DNA of 64,000 nucleotides from an uncultured Eubacteriales bacterium (GTDB lineage: Bacteria > Acidobacteriota > Aminicenantia > Aminicenantales > Saccharicenantaceae), in assembly GCA_964652895.1 (NCBI GenBank), contig CAZZCH010000004.1:5809-69808 (forward strand), given 5' to 3'. Made by a program: the position numbers and the translations under genes. Shown piece by piece: positions 9,340 through 18,432 of the stretch (its first letter is position 1; the number at the start of each line of letters is the position of its first letter). The notes below the pieces were generated by a model. That model did not search any database. It was not told the DNA's origin and worked only from the letters and a program-made list of their open reading frames with translations.

Positions 9340-9496
9340 TTTATGCTCACTCCGACGACCCCCTCGGCCCTTTTTCCTGCGGCCTCCGTCGGGCATTGTA
9401 ATTGGACCATTGCTTAAATCACACCTACGAGAAGGCCCTCGTATTCTACCCATATATCTAGACTACCCGAGATGATTCCTGTAGAATAACTGAGCC

Positions 9497-9715
9497 ATGC
9501 CGATATACGAATATCAATGTCAGAAATGCGGGCGGCGCTTCGAATGCCTGGTCCAGGGCGGCCGCGACAAGGATGTCATCTGCCCTGACTGCGGGGCCGT
9601 GGAACCGAAGAAATTGATCTCGGCCTTCGGTATAGGCGGCGGCTCGAGCCGGATCAAGGCCTCTTCATCGGGTTGTACAACCTGCTCGACCAAGTCGTGC
9701 AGCACGTGCCATTGA
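9497..9715 (+). CDS. FmdB-family putative regulatory zinc-ribbon protein
   Basis: MPIYEYQCQKCG...CPDCG (CxxC...CxxC) followed by a Ser/Thr/Cys-rich tail, the hallmark of the CxxC_CxxC_SSSS family. Confidence 0.8.
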   Translation: MPIYEYQCQKCGRRFECLVQGGRDKDVICPDCGAVEPKKLISAFGIGGGSSRIKASSSGCTTCSTKSCSTCH

Positions 9716-9730
9716 GACCTGTTCTTCCAT

Positions 9731-9770
9731 CCGGATCGGAGCTGGAGAAATAGCTCCGGTGATCATCCGG
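9731..9770 (+). terminator. two-tier stem-loop downstream of the zinc-ribbon gene (possible terminator/attenuator, no clear U-tract)
   Basis: CGGAGCT (9736..9742) pairs with AGCTCCG (9752..9758). Outer CCGGAT (9731..9736) pairs with ATCCGG (9765..9770). Confidence 0.3.
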
Positions 9771-9789
9771 TTCAAGTGCGCGACGCCTC

Positions 9790-9818
9790 TTGACTTATCC
9801 CCGTTGTTGACGTTTAAA
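9790..9818 (+). promoter_or_regulatory. candidate sigma-70 promoter for hyuA
   Basis: TTGACT (9790..9795), 17-nt spacer, TTTAAA (9813..9818). The ATG follows 13 nt later with no Shine-Dalgarno. Confidence 0.3.
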
Positions 9819-9831
9819 TAGGCCTTCGCTC

Positions 9832-11853
9832 ATGGAACGCCGACAACAGACCGCATCCCTTCGCATCGGCATCGACACCGGCGGCACGTTCACCGACTTC
9901 GTCATCTGGAAGGACGGCCGGCTCTTCAACAGGAAGGTCCTCTCGACGCCCCAGGACCCCTCGCTGGCCATTTTTAAAGGCGTCGGAGAATTCCTGCTAT
10001 CCGGCCCCCCCGTGTTCATCATCCACGGCACGACCGTGGCCACGAACGCCCTCCTGCAGAGAAAGGGCGGGCGCATCGCCCTCATCACCACGGCCGGCTT
10101 CGAGGACATCCTGTCCATCGGGCGCCAGACCCGGCGCGAGCTCTACTCCCTTCAACCCGAGGAACGGTTCGAGCTCATACCCGCGGCGCGCAGGTTCGGT
10201 ATCCGGGAAAGGACGTTGGCCTCGGGCCAGATCGAGAAAACCGTCAGCCGGACCGAGGTCCGTAAAGTCATCGCTAAGATCCGGAAATCCGGCGCCGAAG
10301 CCGTCGCCGTCTGCCTGCTTCACGCCTACGTCAGCGCAAAGAACGAGGACGTCGTGGCCGAGGAGCTGGCCCTGGCGGGGATGCTCGCATCGGTCTCGAG
10401 CCGTCTCCTCCCCGAACACCGGGAATTTGAACGGATGTCGACCACGGCCATTAACGCCTACCTTATGCCGGTCATGGACCGCTACCTCCGGGAACTCGAC
10501 CGGCGGCTCGGCCAAGCCGAGCTGAGGATCATGCAGTCGAACGAAGGGTATATTTCCCCGGCCCGGGCCCGCCTGGAACCCATCAAAACGTCTCTTTCGG
10601 GGCCGGCGGGAGGCGCCGTCGGCGCCCGCGTCCTGGCCCGGGCGGCCGGGATCCCGAACATCATCAGCTTCGACATGGGCGGGACGTCGACGGACGTCTC
10701 TCTCATCGAAGGCCGGATACGGAGGACGCACGAGGCCCGGATCGGGGATTTCCCGATCCGGCTGCCCATCATCGACATCCATTCCGTCGGCGCGGGGGGA
10801 GGTTCGATCGCCTATACGGACCGGGGAGGCTCGCTCAGGGTCGGTCCCCAGAGCGCGGGAGCCGACCCCGGTCCCGCCTGCTATGGCAAGGGGGACCTGC
10901 CGACCGTGACCGACGCCAACCTTTGCCTTGGGCGCCTGGACCCCGAGTTTTTTCTGGGCGGGAAGATGCGGATCTATCCGGAACGCAGTCGGGCCGCCGT
11001 GGGGGCCCTGGCCCGTCGGATCGGGAAATCCGCGACTGAAACCGCCCTGGGCATCGTCGACATCGCCAACGCCAACATGGAGAAAGCCATCCGGGTCATC
11101 TCCGTGGAGCGGGGCTTCGATCCGCGCGCCTTCGCCCTTTTCTCGTTCGGCGGGGCGGGCGGCATGCACGCCGTGGAGATGGCCGCCCACCTGGGCATGC
11201 CCACCGTCATCGTCCCCCGCAACGCCGGCGTCCTATCGGCCTTCGGCCTGCTTATGTCGGATTCCGTCAAAGACTACACTAAATCGCTGATGAAACCGGA
11301 TTCCCAGGTCACTCTGGCCGGCCTCGAAGCGGATTTCCGGTCCCTCGAGGAAGCCAGCTTCCGCGATATGAAGGAGGACGGGTTCGCCGCGAAAGACGTC
11401 CTCCTCGAACGGTCCCTCGACTGCCGCTATCTCGGCCAATCCTATGAAATCGACGTGCCTTACAGGAAGGCGCGGACCGCGGCGCGTGCTTTCCTCGAGA
11501 GCTTTCACAGCCGGCACCAGAAGCTCTATTCCTACCGCCACGACCGGAGGCCTGTCGAGATCGTCAACCTCCGGCTCAAGGCCGTCGCCGTCACGCCCAA
11601 GATCCCGCTGGTCAAGGAACCTGGACGGAAGACGCTCGACCCGAAGGCTATTATCAGGAAGCAGCCCATTTTTTATGGAAGCGCGGCCCCCGAAGGAATG
11701 GTCATCGAGAGGGCGAGGCTCGCCCCGGACAATGTGGTCCGCGGCCCGGCCCTCGTCATCGATCCCGAATCGACGACCTTTCTCCCTCCCGGCTACACCG
11801 CCAGGGTCGACGGGTTCCTCAACCTCATCATCCGCAAGGCGGGTCCGCGATGA
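9832..11853 (+). CDS. hyuA: hydantoinase/oxoprolinase family protein, A subunit
   Basis: N-terminal IGIDTGGTFTDF motif, 673 aa, followed by the B subunit with an ATGA overlap. Confidence 0.9.
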   Translation: MERRQQTASLRIGIDTGGTFTDFVIWKDGRLFNRKVLSTPQDPSLAIFKGVGEFLLSGPPVFIIHGTTVATNALLQRKGGRIALITTAGFEDILSIGRQTRRELYSLQPEERFELIPAARRFGIRERTLASGQIEKTVSRTEVRKVIAKIRKSGAEAVAVCLLHAYVSAKNEDVVAEELALAGMLASVSSRLLPEHREFERMSTTAINAYLMPVMDRYLRELDRRLGQAELRIMQSNEGYISPARARLEPIKTSLSGPAGGAVGARVLARAAGIPNIISFDMGGTSTDVSLIEGRIRRTHEARIGDFPIRLPIIDIHSVGAGGGSIAYTDRGGSLRVGPQSAGADPGPACYGKGDLPTVTDANLCLGRLDPEFFLGGKMRIYPERSRAAVGALARRIGKSATETALGIVDIANANMEKAIRVISVERGFDPRAFALFSFGGAGGMHAVEMAAHLGMPTVIVPRNAGVLSAFGLLMSDSVKDYTKSLMKPDSQVTLAGLEADFRSLEEASFRDMKEDGFAAKDVLLERSLDCRYLGQSYEIDVPYRKARTAARAFLESFHSRHQKLYSYRHDRRPVEIVNLRLKAVAVTPKIPLVKEPGRKTLDPKAIIRKQPIFYGSAAPEGMVIERARLAPDNVVRGPALVIDPESTTFLPPGYTARVDGFLNLIIRKAGPR

Positions 11854-13418
11854 ATAAATTCGACCCCATCGAACTCGAGCTTTTCAAGAACGTCTTCATC
11901 GCCATCTCCGAAGAGATGGGCGCCGTCCTCGGCCGTACCGCCCTCTCCCCCAATATCAAGGAGCGAAAAGATTACTCCTGCTCCCTTTTCAACGATAAGG
12001 GCGAGACGTTGGCCCAAGGCTCGTATATCCCCGTCCATCTGGGCGCCATGCCCCTTTCCGTCCAGGCCGCGCTCCAAGCCGTGACCTTCGAAAAGGGCGA
12101 CCTGGTCATCCTCAACGACCCCTATCGGGGCGGGACGCATCTCCCCGACATCACCTGTATCTCCCCCGTTTTCCTGGGCCGGAAGCTGAGCTTCTTCGTG
12201 GCCAACCGGGCCCATCACTCCGACGTGGGCGGGATGACACCGGGTTCCATGCCCCTGGCCACCGAGCTCTTCCAGGAAGGCCTGATCATTCCGCCGCTGA
12301 AGCTCTATTCCCGCGGCCGGATGAACAAGGATGTTTTCGACCTTATCCTTTCGAACGTCAGGACGCCCGACGAGCGCCGGGGCGATCTCCTGGCCCAGTT
12401 CGCGGCCAACGAGATCGGCCGGGCCCGAATCGAAGAGGCCGTGGTCCGATTCGGTGCCGAAAAAGTCCGTCTGTATTCCGGCCTCGTCCAGGATTACACG
12501 GAAAAATTCCTCAGGGAAACCATCCGGACCATCCCCAACGGCGTCTACGGCTTCGAGGATTTTCTGGACAATGACGGGATTTCGGCTCGTTCCATCAAGA
12601 TCGGCGTCCGCGTGACGATCCGCGACGACCAGGCCGTGGTCGATTTCAGCTCCTCCTCCCCCCAGACCGAAGGCGGGGTCAACGCCAATTTCGCTATCAC
12701 CTGCTCGGCCGTCCTCTATGTTTTCCGGTCCCTCGTCGAAGAAGACATCCCCTTCAATACCGGCCTGATGAGACCGATCGAGATCGTGGCCCCCAAGGGC
12801 TCCATCGTCAACGCCGAGTTCCCGGCGGCCTGCGCCGGCGGGAACGTCGAAACGTCCCAGCGTATCGTCGACGTTCTGCTCGGCGCCCTGGCCAAGGCCG
12901 TCCCGGCCAGGATCCCGGCAGCCAGCCAGGGGACGATGAACAACATCGCCTTCGGTGGCTACGACCCGTGGCGGAAAAGGCATTTCGCCTACTATGAGAC
13001 GATCGGCGGCGGTATGGGCGCCGGATCGGCCGCGGCCGGCCTCGACGGCGTCCACACCCACATGACCAACTCCCTCAACACTCCCATCGAAGCCCTGGAG
13101 AACTACCTGCCGTTGAAGATCCGGCGCTACGGCCTCCGAAAGGGCTCCGGCGGCAAAGGGCTCCACGGAGGCGGCGAAGGGATCATCCGCGAGTACGAAT
13201 TCCGGGTCCCCGCCGCGCTGACGATCATGTCGGAACGCCGCCGGTTCGCCCCCTACGGGGCCTACGGCGGCGGGCCGGGCGCCAAAGGGAGAAATACGCT
13301 CATTTCCCGGGACCGGACCAGGGCGCTGGGCTCGAAGGTCAACGTTAAGCTCCGGCCCGGAGACGTTCTCCGGGTCGAGACACCGGGAGGAGGCGGCTAT
13401 GGCCGGCCGCGGAAGTAG
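11850..13418 (+). CDS. hyuB: hydantoinase B/oxoprolinase family protein
   Basis: DPIELELFKN...IAEEMG-type N-terminus and NDPYRGGTHLPD motif typical of HyuB/OplB. Confidence 0.9.
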   Translation: MNKFDPIELELFKNVFIAISEEMGAVLGRTALSPNIKERKDYSCSLFNDKGETLAQGSYIPVHLGAMPLSVQAALQAVTFEKGDLVILNDPYRGGTHLPDITCISPVFLGRKLSFFVANRAHHSDVGGMTPGSMPLATELFQEGLIIPPLKLYSRGRMNKDVFDLILSNVRTPDERRGDLLAQFAANEIGRARIEEAVVRFGAEKVRLYSGLVQDYTEKFLRETIRTIPNGVYGFEDFLDNDGISARSIKIGVRVTIRDDQAVVDFSSSSPQTEGGVNANFAITCSAVLYVFRSLVEEDIPFNTGLMRPIEIVAPKGSIVNAEFPAACAGGNVETSQRIVDVLLGALAKAVPARIPAASQGTMNNIAFGGYDPWRKRHFAYYETIGGGMGAGSAAAGLDGVHTHMTNSLNTPIEALENYLPLKIRRYGLRKGSGGKGLHGGGEGIIREYEFRVPAALTIMSERRRFAPYGAYGGGPGAKGRNTLISRDRTRALGSKVNVKLRPGDVLRVETPGGGGYGRPRK

Positions 13419-14529
13419 CCTTCTCCGGTCCATGAAAAGAGCCCTGGCCCTTGTCCTGCTATCGGCAGTTTGGCTGACGGCCCCCGTTTCTTCGATCGGC
13501 GCGGGCGATGCCCCGTTGTCCATGCCCGTCCGCGGGGTCTGGATGCACCCGGGCTTCTTCGGCCCCGATCAAACGGCCGCCGTCGAAAAGATGCGCCTGA
13601 CCCTCGACGAGTACGCCAAGGCCGGCATCAACACCCTCATCATGTGCATCAAGAACACCTCGGGTCACGTGTACTATGCCAGCGAGATCGGCGTCAGGGA
13701 CAAGGCCTGCGACTGGGATTTCTTCGGGGTCTTCCTGGCCGAGGCGAAGAAGAGGAAGATGGAGGTTCACCCTTGGTTCTGCGTCTTCCCCGAATCGGCC
13801 ATCCTGGGACAGGTCCGGGAGCACCCCGAATGGTTGATCACGAGCCCCAAGCGCGAGCTCGTCGGCGCGGTCAACCCCGCCCTCCCGGCCGTCCGCGAAT
13901 ATGAGATCAGCCTGATGCTCGAGGTCGTCCGGAAGTACGACGTCGGCTGGGTGCATCTCGACTACATCCGCTATCCCTGCGAACCGACGGAGCCCTATTT
14001 CAGCTTCGACCCTGAAACGCTCCGGCTTTTCAAACAGGATACCGGGATCGATATGGCCGCCGTCAAAGCCCGCGATTCGGGAAACATGGCCTGGAACGAA
14101 TGGCTCCGATGGAACACGGACCGGGTGACCGTTTTTGTCCGGGAGATCAAGGACGCCCTCAAGACGACGGGCCGGAAGGTCAAGATCAGCGCCGCGGTTT
14201 TCCCGGATGCCGGGAACGCCGCCGTTCTCATCGGTCAGGACTGGCCGGCCTGGGTCCGGGAGCGGCTCGTGGACATGCTTTGCCCCATGCTCTATTCGAA
14301 CGACGCCGGACTCTTCGAAAAGTTCGTCCGTGAAGCCGTGGCCTACGGGAAAGGACGCTCTCAGGTCTGCCCCGGGATCGGCATCGGCACTTCCCATAAC
14401 CAGAACACGCCCGAGGGCATGATCGAGCAGATGAGGATCAGCAAGAGGCTCCAGGCCGACGGGGTCGTCTTCTTCTCGTCCAACAGCCTGAACCAGCCGT
14501 TCCTGGACAGACTGAGTGCGGCAAAATAG
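13399..14529 (+). CDS. secreted glycoside-hydrolase-like family 10 (GHL10/DUF187) protein
   Basis: ATG 13399 has GGGAGGAGG upstream and overlaps the hyuB end by 20 nt. An alternative start at 13432 is possible. Signal peptide, then RGVWMH...GINTLIMCIKNTSGHVYYASEIG as in the GHL10 family. Confidence 0.75.
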   Translation: MAGRGSSLLRSMKRALALVLLSAVWLTAPVSSIGAGDAPLSMPVRGVWMHPGFFGPDQTAAVEKMRLTLDEYAKAGINTLIMCIKNTSGHVYYASEIGVRDKACDWDFFGVFLAEAKKRKMEVHPWFCVFPESAILGQVREHPEWLITSPKRELVGAVNPALPAVREYEISLMLEVVRKYDVGWVHLDYIRYPCEPTEPYFSFDPETLRLFKQDTGIDMAAVKARDSGNMAWNEWLRWNTDRVTVFVREIKDALKTTGRKVKISAAVFPDAGNAAVLIGQDWPAWVRERLVDMLCPMLYSNDAGLFEKFVREAVAYGKGRSQVCPGIGIGTSHNQNTPEGMIEQMRISKRLQADGVVFFSSNSLNQPFLDRLSAAK

Positions 14530-14545
14530 CCGCCCCTTTTGGGGT

Positions 14546-15022
14546 TCAGGCCTTCTTGAGCTTCGCTTTTTCGATGAGCAGCACGCCCTGGTAGGATACG
14601 TAGTTCAGGAGGATCATCACCCGCTCGTTGTCGCCGACCTCCTTGCGGAAGATCCCCTTCAGGCCCTTGAAGGGCCCTTCGACAACCTCGATCTCGTCCC
14701 CGACGGCCGGCTCCTCGCCGTATTTTTCGAAGACGATGAGCCCGTTCTGCTCGCGGGCCTTGATGCCCAGGACGATCTCTTCGGGGATGGGGGTCGGGCT
14801 GTCGGCGTTGCCGACGACGCGTTTGACCCCGCGAGTGTATTTCACCATCTGGAACTGCTCGGGGAATTCGAAGCGGACGAAGGCGTATCCCGGGAAAAAG
14901 GGACCGACACGTTTTTCGCGGATATACTTCGGGCAGTAAACGGTGAAGCCGCCCTCCTCGAAAAGCCGTTCGACCTGGCTCTCTTTTTTGGGCCGGGTGT
15001 TGATGACGTACCAGCGGAGCAT
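14546..15022 (-). CDS. NusG-family paralog (NGN + KOW domains), specialised antiterminator-like
   Basis: ORF trimmed to ATG 15022 (TGATG overlap with the upstream stop). The NGN-like part is WYVINTRPKKESQVERL...PGYAFVRF and the KOW motif is GDEIEVVEGPFKGLKGIF. 158 aa. Confidence 0.8.
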   Translation of the reverse strand: MLRWYVINTRPKKESQVERLFEEGGFTVYCPKYIREKRVGPFFPGYAFVRFEFPEQFQMVKYTRGVKRVVGNADSPTPIPEEIVLGIKAREQNGLIVFEKYGEEPAVGDEIEVVEGPFKGLKGIFRKEVGDNERVMILLNYVSYQGVLLIEKAKLKKA

Positions 15023-15864
15023 CAGGTCACCTTCAACTTTTCGTCCGCGAGCCCCATCTTGCCGTAAACCGAGGGCCTGCGGTCCTCGAGAAAGTGCCGC
15101 CGGGCGTGGCAAACCGTGTTTTTCCGGAAATCGCATTCGGCATAGAGGATGAGGTCACGGCCGCGCGGGGCCCGGGCGACGACCCGGCCGTCGGGGTCGG
15201 CCACGAACGACTCGCCGGCGAACTCGAGCTTGTCCTCCCGTCCGACCCGGTTGACAAGGGCGGCATAGTAGCCGTTCTGAAAAGCGGCCACCTGGAGCTC
15301 GGCTTCGAAAATGCCCGCTGTCCACTCCCCCACCGCCCCCGCTTGGGGCACGACCACGAGCTCCGCCCCGTTGAGCCGCAGGCCCCTCATGTATTCCGGA
15401 AAGTGGCGGTCGTAGCAGATGGCGACTCCGATCTTCCCGACGGCCGTCGTATAGACGAAGTTCTCACGGTCTCCCGGCGCATAGTAGCTCCGTTCGTGAA
15501 ACCCGGGTCCTTCCATGATATGGACCATGCGTGTGATTCCCAAGATCCGGCCGTCCGCGTCGATGACGGGCGAGGCGTCGTAGGTGCGGTTTCCGTCACG
15601 CTCGAAAAGGTTGAGGACGGCGACGGCGCCCGTCTCCCGGGCCAGGGCGCAGAAAAGATCCGTCGTCGGGCCCGGGATCGTCTCGGCCATGAGGAGGCTT
15701 GCGGGTGTCGCCGGCAGCTCCGGGTAGAAGCCGGAAAAGGCCAGCTCGGCGAAGGCGACGAGGCCGGCTCCGGCCTTGGCCGCCTCGAGAAAGGCGAGCC
15801 TCCCCCTGGCCCGGTTTTCTTCCGGGTCGCCGGTCGCGTGCTGCTGGATGAGCGCGATCTTCAA
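15022..15864 (-). CDS. carbon-nitrogen hydrolase (nitrilase superfamily) amidase
   Basis: MKIALIQQH... N-terminus and catalytic-Cys context GVAICYDRHFPE. The start codon is TTG, overlapping the pepP stop (TTGA). Confidence 0.85.
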   Translation of the reverse strand: MKIALIQQHATGDPEENRARGRLAFLEAAKAGAGLVAFAELAFSGFYPELPATPASLLMAETIPGPTTDLFCALARETGAVAVLNLFERDGNRTYDASPVIDADGRILGITRMVHIMEGPGFHERSYYAPGDRENFVYTTAVGKIGVAICYDRHFPEYMRGLRLNGAELVVVPQAGAVGEWTAGIFEAELQVAAFQNGYYAALVNRVGREDKLEFAGESFVADPDGRVVARAPRGRDLILYAECDFRKNTVCHARRHFLEDRRPSVYGKMGLADEKLKVT

Positions 15865-17249
15865 GCGCGGCAGGCTTTTTCGATATCGGCGACCGTCTTG
15901 GGGATAGGCGGGCCCAGGACCCTGTGGCCCCTCTCCGTGACCAGGACATCATCTTCGATCCGGGCGCCGCCGAAATCGAGGTATTTCTCCACTTCATCGT
16001 AAGCGATGAATTCGCGGAATTTCTTTTCCTTGCGCCATTTTTCGACCAGGGCGGGGATGAAATAGAGTCCCGGTTCCACGGTCATGACATGCCCGGGCCG
16101 GAGTTCCTTGGCCATCCGGAGATAGGCCAATCCGAACTGGCTGCTCCGTTCGACGGTCTTGTCATAACCGATGTTGTTCTCGCCGAGGTTCTCCATGTCG
16201 TGGACGTCGAGGCCCATGTTGTGCCCCAAGCCGTGGGGGAAAAAGAGGGCGTGGGCGCCCGCGGCGACGGCCGCTTCGATGTCGCCCTTCATGAGGCCGA
16301 GGTCCTTAAGTCCCGAGGCCATGACCCGGGCCGTCTTCAAGTGGATCTCCTTGAACATGACCCCGGGCTTCATCGCCCGGATGCCAGTTTCCTGGCCGGC
16401 CAGGACGATCTCATAGACGTCTTTCTGTCTCCGGTTGAAACGCCCGCCGACGGGCACCGTCCGGGTGATATCCGAGGCGTACGAAGAAGCGGCCTCGGCG
16501 CCGACGTCCATGACCAGAAGCCGTCCCTTGACGAGGACGTTGCCGTGAAAATGGTTATGGAGCGTCTGGCCGTTGATGGTGACGATGGGCGGGAAAGCCA
16601 GCCGGAAGCCCCGCGAGAGGGCGATCCCTTCCATGGCCCCGGAGATCTCGTGCTCATAGCGGCCGGGCTTGGCCAGCTTCATGGCGGCGAGGAACATAGC
16701 CTGGCTGGTCTCCACGGCGGCTTCGATCTCCCGGACCTCTTCCTTGGACTTGACGATCCTCTGGTCGACGATCGCCTTGATGAGGTCGCGCGAGGCCTTG
16801 GCCTTGATCTTCTTGACGGGGATGCCCAGAAGGCCGCTGAGGACGAGAGCGTTGTCGGCCCGGTAGGGCGGAAGGAAATGCACCGGACGCCCGGCGGCCA
16901 GCGCCTTGCGCACAACCTCGTCGAAGGCCGCCCGGGGCGCGGTATGCCTGACGCCGACTTCGAGGGCCCGATCCTTCATCTTGGGCTGGTTCCCCATCCA
17001 GATGATGTCTTCGATGCCGATGTCGTCACCGAACAGGATGTCCTTGTTTTCGTCGATGTCGACGATGGCGGCCAGCCCGGAGGAATCCAGCCCGAAGAAG
17101 TAGAGGAAAGAGCTGTCCTGCCGAAAATGGTAGGTATTGTCCGTGTAGTTCATCGGGCTTTCCCCGTTGCCGGGGAACAGGAGCAGGCCGGACCCGACCT
17201 CCTTTTTCAGAAGCTTTCGCCTTTGGATGTAGGTTTCGGGCTTAAACAT
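15861..17249 (-). CDS. pepP: Xaa-Pro aminopeptidase (M24B)
   Basis: ORF 15861..17798 trimmed to ATG 17249 (GGAGGAGG upstream). AMP_N-type N-terminus (YHFRQDSSFLYFFGL) and M24 metal-ligand context (HGLGHNMGLDVHD, EPGLY). Confidence 0.85.
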   Translation of the reverse strand: MFKPETYIQRRKLLKKEVGSGLLLFPGNGESPMNYTDNTYHFRQDSSFLYFFGLDSSGLAAIVDIDENKDILFGDDIGIEDIIWMGNQPKMKDRALEVGVRHTAPRAAFDEVVRKALAAGRPVHFLPPYRADNALVLSGLLGIPVKKIKAKASRDLIKAIVDQRIVKSKEEVREIEAAVETSQAMFLAAMKLAKPGRYEHEISGAMEGIALSRGFRLAFPPIVTINGQTLHNHFHGNVLVKGRLLVMDVGAEAASSYASDITRTVPVGGRFNRRQKDVYEIVLAGQETGIRAMKPGVMFKEIHLKTARVMASGLKDLGLMKGDIEAAVAAGAHALFFPHGLGHNMGLDVHDMENLGENNIGYDKTVERSSQFGLAYLRMAKELRPGHVMTVEPGLYFIPALVEKWRKEKKFREFIAYDEVEKYLDFGGARIEDDVLVTERGHRVLGPPIPKTVADIEKACRA

Positions 17250-17354
17250 GTCTCTTCTTCCTCCTCGGGAATGTAAAGGATTTATATAGCAGATTATCCG
17301 GTGCCGTTCAACCCCGAACGCAGGGAAGGATTGAATCGCCCATGAACAGATGTT

Positions 17355-18413
17355 ATGATGGGCGGAATTATGACGAGCCGGCCGATAAACTCCGCTTGGC
17401 AGCCTCCCTCCGGCTGGCTCAAGATCAGGACGCTCGACGCGCACACCGCCGGCGAACCGCTCCGTATCGTCACCGGAGGTTTGCCGGAGATCCCCGGGGA
17501 TACGATCCTCGATAAGAGGCGATTCTTCCAGGAGAACCTGGATCCCCTTAGGAAGGCGTTGATGTGGGAGCCCCGCGGCCACGCCGACATGTACGGGTGC
17601 GTCATCACCGAACCCGTCACCCCCGGGAGTCACCTGGGCGTCTTGTTCCTTCATAATGAAGGATACAGCTCCATGTGCGGTCACGGGATCATCGCCCTGG
17701 CCACCGCGGTTTGTGGTTGCGGCCTCCTGCCCCTCCCCGAGGACCTGGAGGTCCTCAGGATCGATACCCCCGCCGGTTGCGTGCGCGCGACGCCCCATTG
17801 GAAGGACGGGCGGGTCGAGAGCGTCTCGTTTCTCAACGTCCCGTCATTCGTCTACGCCCTTGACCACAGGGTGGACGTCCCGGGCATCGGCCGCGTATCC
17901 TGCGACGTCGCTTTCGGGGGCGCCTTCTACGCTTTTTGCCGGGCCGAGGACCTGGACGTCCGGCTCGCCCCCGAGGATTTCCGGAAGCTTATCGACCTGG
18001 GGATGCGTGTCAAGACGGCTGTCATGGCCACGCTGCCGATCCGCCATCCGTTCGAGGCGGACCTCGGTTTCCTCTACGGGACGATCATCATGGGGCCGGC
18101 CCGCGAGGCCGGCCATTTCGGACGCAACGTCTGCGTCTTCGCCGACGGCGAGGTCGACCGGAGCCCCACCGGGACCGGAGTCAGCGCCCGGGCGGCCCTC
18201 CACGCGGCCAAGGGCGAGATCGGCCTCGGAGAGCCGTTCGTCATCGAAAGCCTATTGGGAACATGTTTTACGGGGCGCGCCGTAAGCCGGACGACGTTTG
18301 GGGCGCATGAAGCGATCATCCCCGAAGTCACCGGGAGTGCGCATCTCACGGGAAAAAACGAGTTCTGGATCGACCCGGCCGACCCGCTTGGCCACGGGTT
18401 CATTCTGCGCTGA
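17355..18413 (+). CDS. proline racemase family enzyme with a Cys/Thr catalytic pair (trans-3-hydroxy-L-proline dehydratase type)
   Basis: DAHTAGEPLRIV, first catalytic motif SMCGHG, second motif DRSPTGTG (Thr where racemases/epimerases have Cys). The start is ambiguous (17355, 17358 or 17370). Confidence 0.8.
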   Translation: MMGGIMTSRPINSAWQPPSGWLKIRTLDAHTAGEPLRIVTGGLPEIPGDTILDKRRFFQENLDPLRKALMWEPRGHADMYGCVITEPVTPGSHLGVLFLHNEGYSSMCGHGIIALATAVCGCGLLPLPEDLEVLRIDTPAGCVRATPHWKDGRVESVSFLNVPSFVYALDHRVDVPGIGRVSCDVAFGGAFYAFCRAEDLDVRLAPEDFRKLIDLGMRVKTAVMATLPIRHPFEADLGFLYGTIIMGPAREAGHFGRNVCVFADGEVDRSPTGTGVSARAALHAAKGEIGLGEPFVIESLLGTCFTGRAVSRTTFGAHEAIIPEVTGSAHLTGKNEFWIDPADPLGHGFILR

Positions 18414-18432
18414 AGAAAAAGGAGGAGGAGAT

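Noticed and set aside
11793-13523. 576-aa minus-strand ORF
   Set aside because: It is antisense to hyuB and has no recognisable motifs, so it is a shadow ORF.
15861-17798. N-terminal extensions of the longest ORFs (pepP from 17798; also ftcD from 2775, PurF-like from 18298, DUF4177-like from 20135, M16 from 44, NusG-like from 15136)
   Set aside because: The extensions overlap neighbouring genes or intergenic regions and are non-homologous low-complexity sequence. Internal ATGs with strong GGAGG-type RBS coincide with family N-termini or signal peptides.
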